In this document: in pieces, positions 9,294 to 17,244 of the stretch
How the letters are laid out: the number at the start of each line of letters is the position of its first letter
Position numbering within the stretch: position 1 is the stretch's first letter
The notes under the pieces: model-generated
What the model saw: the letters and a program-made list of their open reading frames with translations, nothing else
The model's database searches: none
What the model was told of the DNA's origin: nothing
Assembly: GCA_044448845.1 (NCBI GenBank)
Contig: JBIOHI010000001.1
Span: forward strand, 1-40,799
Length of the DNA: 40,799 nucleotides
Reading direction: 5' to 3'
Origin: Bacteroidia bacterium
Lineage (GTDB): Bacteria > Bacteroidota > Bacteroidia > UKL13-3
Translations under genes and position numbers: made by a program

Positions 9294-10778
9294 CTAATAT
9301 CCAAAAAGCGTTGCTTTAATTGGCTGCCATGATTTCACAGCTTCCAGGTTTTCGACTTCATAAAACCTGGTCACTTCCACCATGTATTCCGGGTACAAAG
9401 AATTCAATTTATTCTTGAATGTATAAAAATCATCACGGCCCAGATTTAAACTTGTTGAACTTTCGTATTTCAGTAATTGCAGCTCTTTATACATTATTTT
9501 TAATTGTTCCGGCTTCAATCCTGTCCAGGTTTTTAAAATCACCACACACCGATGCTTGGATCGAAATAATTCAGGAGTAAGAACGCTGTGCGAATACGGA
9601 CCGACCACTGTGAATCCGTTATGATTTAAATGCCACGTGAGTTTTGGGTCATGACATAAAACAATCAAATCATTTTTCGATTTTAGTTTTTCGATTTTCA
9701 AGTCATCCAAAACAGGTTGAACCTGCAAATCGAAATTGCTTTTCGTGGTGTTGTGGTGTGTCACCACATTGAGATCACCCCAAAGATTTCCAATAGCCAG
9801 GAAGGAAAGAAATAAAATGAAGAACTTTTTTTGAGGCGCTTCAATTTTTGCTGTTGCTATCCATAATGCCTGCCACGGGCTGATGATAACCAGGTTTCTG
9901 ATCTTACTGGCAACACCGGTGACGAGAGTAAAAACCGTTGCCACCGAATACACAGCAAAATAATTATTCTTAAGATTCGATTTGAGATCAGAATAAAGAA
10001 TCGCGATAATAATACCTATCGTTCCGATGCTTGAGATAATTCCGGGTATTGAAACCGGGATCACGCCCTGGTTACTGAATTGAGAAGTATAAATTCCATA
10101 AATGCTTTTCAGGAGCGAAGAAATTTGAGTGTCTTTATTTTTATAATGCACGTTATAAAAAATAAAGAATTGATACGAATAAAGGATCAGAAAAAGCAAA
10201 CCAAAAAATAAAATACCTTTAATCTTCTTTGAATTTTCTTCATCACTTTTCATCCAGTAAAGAATTACGACAGGTAAAACAATTACCAAAAAAGCATAAC
10301 CGAAATATGCCAGGCAAAGCAATCCCCCAAAACACTTTCCCCAGTATTTCCAATCCTGTTTTTCCGGAACGATACTCAGCCAGATCAAAACCGGAACAAA
10401 AAAAGCATACCACCGGATACTTGTACACCACAGTAAAATAGCAGGATTCAAGCCCAATAAAATAAATGCAACTAAGCCGGCAAATTTTCCATTTCTTTTT
10501 TCGATAGCATTGATTGCATACATTAAAGATGTTGCTGTGATCAAAGAAATAACAAGTCTGACCAACTCCCATTTGCCAAATGCAGCAAACAATAAAGAAT
10601 CAATAATGTAAGAACCCGGAGGATGAATATCGGTAGTTTGCAGAAAACTTACAGCACCAAATCCGAGTTTCTCGATTAACCTGATGGTGAAAAACTCATC
10701 ATCGAAACCGGAAGAGAAATATCCGACTGAGCCATATAAAATAAACAGGATAAGAGTTAAAATTATTTTTTTGATCAT
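9294..10778 (-). CDS. Polytopic GT-C fold glycosyltransferase (family 39 / ArnT-PMT-like)
   Basis: At least 10 predicted TM segments. N-terminal loop 'GFDDEFFTIRL...TTDIHPPGSY' resembles the DE...HPP signature of ArnT/PMT-type lipid-linked sugar transferases. Soluble C-terminal domain of about 150 aa. Confidence 0.55.
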   Translation of the reverse strand: MIKKIILTLILFILYGSVGYFSSGFDDEFFTIRLIEKLGFGAVSFLQTTDIHPPGSYIIDSLLFAAFGKWELVRLVISLITATSLMYAINAIEKRNGKFAGLVAFILLGLNPAILLWCTSIRWYAFFVPVLIWLSIVPEKQDWKYWGKCFGGLLCLAYFGYAFLVIVLPVVILYWMKSDEENSKKIKGILFFGLLFLILYSYQFFIFYNVHYKNKDTQISSLLKSIYGIYTSQFSNQGVIPVSIPGIISSIGTIGIIIAILYSDLKSNLKNNYFAVYSVATVFTLVTGVASKIRNLVIISPWQALWIATAKIEAPQKKFFILFLSFLAIGNLWGDLNVVTHHNTTKSNFDLQVQPVLDDLKIEKLKSKNDLIVLCHDPKLTWHLNHNGFTVVGPYSHSVLTPELFRSKHRCVVILKTWTGLKPEQLKIMYKELQLLKYESSTSLNLGRDDFYTFKNKLNSLYPEYMVEVTRFYEVENLEAVKSWQPIKATLFGY

Positions 10779-10812
10779 CTGAGGCGTTGATTTTATTTTG
10801 AATGATGTTGCA

Positions 10813-12828
10813 CTAAAACCTCAGCAATTCATCCAGTTCTTTTTTAAACCGTTCCTTCGGCAAAAAATTTTCTTCCAAATGAGGGGTGAATGGAATCGGT
10901 GTATCGAGGCTTCCACAGCGCATCACCGGGGCATCGAGAAATTTAAAACAATGTTGAGAAATATGCGCAGCGATCTCTGCTCCTATTCCACCGGTTAAAG
11001 TATCCTCATGAAAAATAATTGCTTTTCCGGTTTTTTTTACGCTTTCCTCAACTGTCTTTTTATCCCAGGGTAAAAGTGTTCGCAGGTCAAGAATTTCCGC
11101 ATCAATGTTTTTTTCTTTTACATGTTTGGTTGCCCAATGCACCGCAGCACCATAAGTGATAATACTTACATCGTTTCCATTGCGAACTTTCCTTGCCGGC
11201 CCGATCTCCAGTTCGTAATGATCATCAAAAACTTCTTCTTCGATATCAACTGCACGGTATAAATTTTTATGCTCGAAAAATAAAATTGGATTCGGATCGG
11301 AAAACGAAGCAAGCAACAAACCTTTCGCATCGGATGGAGTGGAAGGATAAACAATTTTCAATCCCGGCACATGAAAGAACCACGCTTCGTTGCTTTGCGA
11401 GTGAAACGGCCCGGCTCCCACACCGGCACCCGTTGGCATGCGAACCACCACATCTGCATTTTGCCCCCACCGGTAAAAACTTTTCGCCATGTTATTCACG
11501 ACCTGGTTAAATCCCATCGAAACAAAATCGGCAAACTGCATTTCTACCATCGCTTTCATCCCTTTGATCGAAAGTCCGTAACCGGCTCCCAAAATCGCAC
11601 TTTCACAAAGCGGAGTATTTCGCACTCTTTCTTTTCCAAACTCTTTCAGAAAACCTTCGGTAACTTTAAAAACTCCACCGTATTCCGCAATGTCCTGCCC
11701 CATCAGGATTAAATTCTCATGCTTCCTCATGGCTAAACGTAACCCGTCCGAAACTGCGTCTATCAAGCGCTTCGGTGATCGGTGATCGGTGATCGGTTTG
11801 ATTGTTACATGTTGAAGGGTTTGATAATTTTCGGAATTTATTTTTTCTGTTGGTGCATACACTTCAGATAATTCAAATTCTGTATTTGGAATTATCTCCG
11901 GTTCACTCAACACTTTTTTTACGCTTTCATCAATTTCCTTTTTTATTTCTTCACGAAATTCTTTTATGATTTTATCTGTGAGAATTTTTTCACTCTTCAA
12001 ATAATTTTCATAATTCGCGATCGGATCTTTTTTGCTCCATTCTTCAAATAATTCCTTCGGAACATATTTCGTTCCGGAGGCCTCCTCGTGACCACGCATA
12101 CGGAATGTCATGCACTCGAGTAAAAATGGTTTCGGTTCTTTTTTTATTTCTGCGGAAATGTTTTTTACCGCATCGTAAACTTCCAGAATATTATTCCCGT
12201 CAATTTTTTTAACATCGATTCCATATCCGATTCCTTTGTCAATAAAATTTTTGAATTTGTATTGCTCACTGGTTGGAGTGGATAAACCATACCCATTATT
12301 TTCTATAAGAAAAATCGCCGGCAGATTCCAAACTGCCGCCACATTGATCGCTTCATGAAAATCTCCTTCACTTGCCCCGGCATCACCGCTAAAAACCACC
12401 GTGACTTTTTTTTCATTTTTCAGTTTGGATGCAAGCGCAATTCCATCGGCAACTCCAAGCATTGCTCCAAGGTGCGAGATCATTCCAACAATGTGATGTT
12501 CGTTGGTTCCAAAATGAAATGAACGTTCACGACCTTTTGAATAACCGTTCATTTTTCCCTGCCACTGCGAAAATAATTTCACGAAAGGCATATCACGGTT
12601 TGTCCACACGGCCAGGTTTCTGTGAAGGGGTAAAATATATTCATCGTTCTCCAAAGCCATCGCACAACCTGCACTTATCGCTTCCTGCCCGATTCCCGAA
12701 AACCATTTGCTCACCTGTCCTTGACGTAAAAGAATGAGCATCTTGTCCTCGATCATTCGTGGCTTGAGCATCGATTTATAAAGATCCAATAAAATTTTAT
12801 CTGAATATTTTTTGCGGTCGAATTGCAT
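10813..12828 (-). CDS. 2-oxoacid (branched-chain/pyruvate-type) dehydrogenase E1 component, fused alpha/beta subunits
   Basis: 671 aa. The N-terminal half has the TPP-binding alpha region ('SGDAGASEGDFHEAINVAAVWNLPAIFLIENNGYG'). The C-terminal half is beta-like ('MGQDIAEYGGVFKVTEGF...RNTPLCESAILG'). This alpha/beta fusion is the usual Bacteroidota form. Confidence 0.9.
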   Translation of the reverse strand: MQFDRKKYSDKILLDLYKSMLKPRMIEDKMLILLRQGQVSKWFSGIGQEAISAGCAMALENDEYILPLHRNLAVWTNRDMPFVKLFSQWQGKMNGYSKGRERSFHFGTNEHHIVGMISHLGAMLGVADGIALASKLKNEKKVTVVFSGDAGASEGDFHEAINVAAVWNLPAIFLIENNGYGLSTPTSEQYKFKNFIDKGIGYGIDVKKIDGNNILEVYDAVKNISAEIKKEPKPFLLECMTFRMRGHEEASGTKYVPKELFEEWSKKDPIANYENYLKSEKILTDKIIKEFREEIKKEIDESVKKVLSEPEIIPNTEFELSEVYAPTEKINSENYQTLQHVTIKPITDHRSPKRLIDAVSDGLRLAMRKHENLILMGQDIAEYGGVFKVTEGFLKEFGKERVRNTPLCESAILGAGYGLSIKGMKAMVEMQFADFVSMGFNQVVNNMAKSFYRWGQNADVVVRMPTGAGVGAGPFHSQSNEAWFFHVPGLKIVYPSTPSDAKGLLLASFSDPNPILFFEHKNLYRAVDIEEEVFDDHYELEIGPARKVRNGNDVSIITYGAAVHWATKHVKEKNIDAEILDLRTLLPWDKKTVEESVKKTGKAIIFHEDTLTGGIGAEIAAHISQHCFKFLDAPVMRCGSLDTPIPFTPHLEENFLPKERFKKELDELLRF
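11773..11797. repeat. Heptamer tandem repeat (CGGTGAT x3 + CGGT) inside the E1 alpha/beta linker
   Basis: Direct reading: cggtgatcggtgatcggtgatcggt. On the coding (minus) strand it encodes PITDHRSP. Confidence 0.9.
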
Positions 12829-12870
12829 TATTTTTCTAAAATTAAATCACAATAATACAATAAAATTTCT

Positions 12871-12895
12871 CGCAAAGGCGCAAAGGCGCAAAGGC
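12871..12895. repeat. Octamer tandem repeat (CGCAAAGG x3) in the fsa-E1 spacer
   Basis: Direct reading: cgcaaaggcgcaaaggcgcaaaggc. It shares a 15-nt core, ATTTCTCGCAAAGGC, with 22416-22430. Confidence 0.9.
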
Positions 12896-12948
12896 AAGAT
12901 AAAATTATTTACCCGGAAAATTTTGGGGCAATAAAACCGAAGTGGAAA

Positions 12949-13605
12949 TTACGAATTCGCTTTTTTATGATCAGCTAAGAATTTCTCGAGGCCAATATCC
13001 GTGAGTGGATGTTTTAAAAGTGCGAGGATGGATTCAAGCGGGCTGGTGATGACGTGTGCCCCAAGTTGCGCGGCTTTAACTATGTGCACCGGGTTGCGGA
13101 TCGAAGCTACAAGAATCTGTGTCTGGTAACTTTGCACCGCAAAGATCTGTGCGATCTGCGCGATAAGTTCCATCCCGTCATACGAAATATCATCCAACCT
13201 TCCCACGAAAGGAGAAATATAGGTGGCTCCTGCTTTTGCAGCGAGAATCGCCTGCCCCGGTCCGAATACCAGTGTACAGTTGGTTTTAATTCCTATCGAA
13301 GAAAGCTGCCTGATGGCTTTGATGCCATCCTTGATCATGGGAATTTTCACAACTATCTTTTCATCGATCGCAGCGAGTGCTTGTCCTTCGGTCATCATCC
13401 CTTCGTAATCGGTAGAGATCACTTCGGCACTGATATCACCTTCCACCAGGTCGCAAATAGTTTTGTAATGTTTCATCACGTTATCGGTTCCCTTGATCCC
13501 TTCCTTAGCCATGAGAGAAGGATTAGTGGTTACACCATCAAGAATGCCAAGGTCATTCGCTTCCTTTATTTGTGCAAGATTTGCTGTATCGATAAAAAAT
13601 TTCAT
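12949..13605 (-). CDS. fsa: Fructose-6-phosphate aldolase / short (type 3B) transaldolase
   Basis: 218 aa. 'MKFFIDTANLAQIKEANDLGILDGVTTNPSL' and 'VVKIP' (Schiff-base Lys region) are typical of the TalC/Fsa subfamily. Confidence 0.9.
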   Translation of the reverse strand: MKFFIDTANLAQIKEANDLGILDGVTTNPSLMAKEGIKGTDNVMKHYKTICDLVEGDISAEVISTDYEGMMTEGQALAAIDEKIVVKIPMIKDGIKAIRQLSSIGIKTNCTLVFGPGQAILAAKAGATYISPFVGRLDDISYDGMELIAQIAQIFAVQSYQTQILVASIRNPVHIVKAAQLGAHVITSPLESILALLKHPLTDIGLEKFLADHKKANS

Positions 13606-13808
13606 TTGTGGTTATTCTGTTTATGGATGCAAGTTTAAACTAAATTTTTTGAAAGCATAAAAATAATTTCACTCTTTTCTTTTGCACGAAAAAACCTTTC
13701 TTTATACCATTAATTTCATGGATTAACAGGGATCGGAAGAATAATCCACAGGAATGGAAGAGTTAATTTCTTTCATCTGAAATAGAAAATCTATCTTCGA
13801 AACGGAAA

Positions 13809-16800
13809 ATGAATTCACAGAAGCGTAAACAGGTTTTTCACACAGACGATCCGAAGCGATGGAAACGGTTCAAACTGACTATTACTTTTGTGATAGGAAT
13901 TTTCGTGTTGCTTATCGGATCAGCCATTTATTCCATCAAAGATGAAATGTCCCCGAAGCTCCCGTCCATAGACGATTCCACGACTTTCAAAAAATTAACC
14001 GACACCATTTTAGTGGATGATAAAACCCACGACCAGTTCAATGCGGATATGGATAAGATCCGGAAAAAACACCTGCGGAATTTTTACAAATCCGGTTTCC
14101 TCGAATGGAAAAGAGCGCGGCATCAGCCTACAATCAAGTTTCCCATCCGTGCCGGTTTTTTTGTCAACTGGGATGTGCAGTCACTGTATTCTTTAAGGCA
14201 AAACGCTTCGAAAATGAACATGGTGTTGCCAGAATGGTTGTTTGTGCAGGATACTTCCGATGAGGTTTTTATCGACATTGATCCGAAAGCGTTGCACATT
14301 ATGAAACAAAATCGCCTGGCGATTGTGCCGATGATCACTAATAATTTCAACCAGGTCTTCAATGGAAAAAATGTTCACCGCATCATCTCGGATAAGAACC
14401 GGAGAAATAAATTTATCAGGAGCGTGATCGCAGTGCTCGATTCCAATCATTTCCAGGGAGTGAATATTGATTTTGAAGATCTCATTGAAAAAACGGACGA
14501 AGCTTTTGTTGAGTTTATCCGGGAACTTTCCACGGAACTGCATTCGAAAGGATACATTGTAACTCAGGATGTATCGCCCTTTAACGAGGATTACAACTAT
14601 GCCGAACTATCCAAACTGAATGACCTGATTTTCCTGATGGCTTACGATCAGCACAACAAAGGAACCATGCCCGGACCGATCGCTTCGCATGAGTGGGTGG
14701 AAAACGCACTCGATGAGATCACGAAAAAAATGCCGGAAGAAAAAGTAGTCTTAGGCCTGGCTGCATTCGGTTACGACTGGCCCGAAGGATATGAGGGAAA
14801 AGACGTGACTTACCAGGAAGCCATCACCAGCGCGGAAGACAACGACTCAACGATTGATTTCGACAACGATAATTACAACCTGAATTTTTCTTACACCGAT
14901 GATGAAGGAACACATCATACTGTTTTTTTCACCGATGCCGCAACAAATTTTAATGCCATGCGGGCGGCCGAAGATTTCGGCACTTCCGGTGTAGCGGTCT
15001 GGCGGCTTGGTTCCGAAGATTCACGCATCTGGAATTTCTTCAGCAGGAATCTTTCGCTCGATTCGCTGAAAGAACATCCTTTCAATTTCAATCAGATCTC
15101 CAAAGTTCCGGAGAATGAAAATATTGACTATATCGGGGAAGGCGAAGTTTTGAATTTACTGAGTGCTCCGCAGGAAGGCATAATTAACCTGGAAATTGAC
15201 ACCGATGACCAATTGATTTCGGAGCAAAAATTTCTTTCACTTCCAACAAATTTTGTTATTCAGAAATCGGGAAATGTTGGTAAAAAAATAGTACTCACTT
15301 TCGATGACGGACCCGATGAAGATTACACCCCCCGGATCATTGATATTTTAAAAAAGTATAAAGTTCCGGGTGCATTTTTTATCACCGGAGCCAACGTGAT
15401 CCGGAATGTTCCGTTACTCAAAAAAATTTATACGGATGGGTACGAGATCGGGAATCATACCTTCACTCATGTGAATTTATTGATATCGAGTGATGCACGG
15501 ATCAGCCTGGAATTGCGGGCAACGCGAAGACTGGTTGAATCCATCACACATCATTCCACTATTTTGTTTCGCCCGCCTTACGATGTGGATGCGGAGCCGA
15601 CCAATGTTGGGCAGTTGCATCCTTTATATATCGCCAAACAAAGAGGTTATATTTATATTGGTTCAGCCATTGATCCGCGTGATTGGGAAGAAGATATTAC
15701 TGCTGACTCCATTTTTAGCCGCGCTACCGAACAGCGAAAATTAGGAAATATCATTTTACTTCACGATGCCGGTGGTAACCGTGAAGCAACCGTAAAAGCA
15801 CTTCCAAGAATCATAGAATTTTATAAAAAGAACGGATACCAGTTCGTCACCCTTGCCGATTTCCTCGGGATGAAAAAAGATGAGTTGATGCCTCCGGTGA
15901 AAGGCGGATTGAATACCTTGTTTTTGTTCGCGGATAATATTCTCGCATCGTACACTTCGGTTCAGGACTCCTTCCTTTCGTGGTTGTTTTACATCGCCAT
16001 AATTCTCATCTTATTCCGGCTGTCGGTTATTTTCCTGCTCGTAATTTTCAGGAAGAAAAAACCAAAACCTTCTTATACTGTTCAACCTTCGGTAAGTGTT
16101 GTCATTCCAGCGTTCAACGAAGAAGTGAATGCTGCCAAGACCATTGAAAATATTCTTCAATCCGATTACGAAAACCTGGATATTATTTTTGTGGATGACG
16201 GTTCTTCCGATGGAACTTTTGAAAAAGTAAATAGGCAATTCTCCTCCTTTAACAAGGTTCGTATTCTTCAAAAAACAAACGGGGGAAAAGCTTCGGCCAT
16301 CAATTTCGGAATTGAAAATTCCACATCAGAAATCGTTGTTTGCATTGATGCGGATACCATTCTCGCAAAGGATGCCATCTCCAACCTGGTGGTGGATTTT
16401 GTGGATGAAAAAGTGGGTGCTGTTGCCGGAAATGTAAAAGTAGGAAATGAAGTAAACCTGTTGACCTTCTGGCAAAGTATCGAATACACCACGAGCCAGA
16501 ATTTCGACCGGCTTGCATTTGAAACACTAAACGCGATCATGGTGGTGCCCGGTGCCATAGGTGCTTTCCGGAGAAGTGCTGTAATTGAAGTAGGTGGTTT
16601 CAGCACCGATACGCTGGCTGAAGATTGTGATATCACCCTGAAATTACTGGAAAAAAAGTACAAGATCAAAACCAACAACTCGGCACTTGCATTCACTGAA
16701 TCTCCCGAAACGGTGAAGCAATTTTTAAAACAGCGCAAACGCTGGTGTTTCGGCATCATGCAAAGTTTCTGGAAACACCGGAAAAAATTATTCAGCAAAG

Positions 16801-17168
16801 AATTTCCAAACATGGGCTGGGTGGTCTTGCCGAATATTCTGATCTATCAATTGTTTCTCCCGTTGTTCTCCCCAATCGTTGATCTCACGCTGCTACTTTC
16901 ACTTTTTTCCGGAAAAGCGGTGATCGTTCTTTTACTTTATCTTGCATACATGGCTGTGGACGTAACCATTTCGGCTATTGCATTTTATATTGACGGTAAA
17001 AATATTTCCATCCTGAAATTATTGCTCATCATTCCGCAACGGATCATTTACCGGATGCTTCTGTTTTATGTGCTGGTCATTTCCCTCCTTAATGCCCTCA
17101 AAGGCGAGTTGGTTCACTGGGGAGTTTTGAAGAGGACGGGGAATGTGAGTTCTACGAAATACAAATAA
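13809..17168 (+). CDS. Multidomain membrane protein: GH18-like domain + NodB/CE4 polysaccharide deacetylase + family-2 processive glycosyltransferase (PgaC/IcaA-like)
   Basis: N-terminal TM segment (aa ~24-43). GH18-like region ('GFFVNWD', 'GVNIDFEDL', 'LMAYDQH', 'GVAVWRLGSED'). CE4 motifs 'LTFDDGPDEDYT', 'GNHTFTH', 'LFRPPY', 'ILLHDAGG'. A second TM segment follows. GT2 motifs 'VSVVIPAFNEE', 'FVDDGSSDGT', 'CIDADT', 'LAEDCD', 'QRKRWCFG' (QxxRW). Several C-terminal TM segments. Confidence 0.85.
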   Translation: MNSQKRKQVFHTDDPKRWKRFKLTITFVIGIFVLLIGSAIYSIKDEMSPKLPSIDDSTTFKKLTDTILVDDKTHDQFNADMDKIRKKHLRNFYKSGFLEWKRARHQPTIKFPIRAGFFVNWDVQSLYSLRQNASKMNMVLPEWLFVQDTSDEVFIDIDPKALHIMKQNRLAIVPMITNNFNQVFNGKNVHRIISDKNRRNKFIRSVIAVLDSNHFQGVNIDFEDLIEKTDEAFVEFIRELSTELHSKGYIVTQDVSPFNEDYNYAELSKLNDLIFLMAYDQHNKGTMPGPIASHEWVENALDEITKKMPEEKVVLGLAAFGYDWPEGYEGKDVTYQEAITSAEDNDSTIDFDNDNYNLNFSYTDDEGTHHTVFFTDAATNFNAMRAAEDFGTSGVAVWRLGSEDSRIWNFFSRNLSLDSLKEHPFNFNQISKVPENENIDYIGEGEVLNLLSAPQEGIINLEIDTDDQLISEQKFLSLPTNFVIQKSGNVGKKIVLTFDDGPDEDYTPRIIDILKKYKVPGAFFITGANVIRNVPLLKKIYTDGYEIGNHTFTHVNLLISSDARISLELRATRRLVESITHHSTILFRPPYDVDAEPTNVGQLHPLYIAKQRGYIYIGSAIDPRDWEEDITADSIFSRATEQRKLGNIILLHDAGGNREATVKALPRIIEFYKKNGYQFVTLADFLGMKKDELMPPVKGGLNTLFLFADNILASYTSVQDSFLSWLFYIAIILILFRLSVIFLLVIFRKKKPKPSYTVQPSVSVVIPAFNEEVNAAKTIENILQSDYENLDIIFVDDGSSDGTFEKVNRQFSSFNKVRILQKTNGGKASAINFGIENSTSEIVVCIDADTILAKDAISNLVVDFVDEKVGAVAGNVKVGNEVNLLTFWQSIEYTTSQNFDRLAFETLNAIMVVPGAIGAFRRSAVIEVGGFSTDTLAEDCDITLKLLEKKYKIKTNNSALAFTESPETVKQFLKQRKRWCFGIMQSFWKHRKKLFSKEFPNMGWVVLPNILIYQLFLPLFSPIVDLTLLLSLFSGKAVIVLLLYLAYMAVDVTISAIAFYIDGKNISILKLLLIIPQRIIYRMLLFYVLVISLLNALKGELVHWGVLKRTGNVSSTKYK

Positions 17169-17227
17169 ATACGAATGTACGAATCTGTGATGCATTTTCA
17201 ATTCGTAAATTTGTACCAATTCGTATT
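17168..17227. terminator. Imperfect hairpin between convergent genes (possible bidirectional terminator)
   Basis: Left arm AATACGAATGTACGAAT (17168-17184). Right arm ATTCGTAAATTTGTACCAATTCGTATT (17201-17227). The outer 9 bp AATACGAAT/ATTCGTATT are perfect. T-rich flanks on both strands. Confidence 0.4.
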
Positions 17228-17244
17228 TTGTAAAATTTAATTAA

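Noticed and set aside
10813-12828. E1 alpha/beta as a fusion artefact or pseudogene
   Set aside because: The frame is continuous, both halves have intact motifs, and the fused form is the normal arrangement in this phylum. Only the heptamer repeat in the linker is noteworthy.
13054-13638. 194-aa plus-strand ORF
   Set aside because: It is entirely antisense to the well-supported fsa/transaldolase gene. Its composition is Cys/His/Arg-rich, typical of a shadow ORF.
16268-16813. 181-aa minus-strand ORF inside the GT2 region
   Set aside because: It is antisense to the conserved GT2 motifs of the 1119-aa protein and has no motifs of its own.
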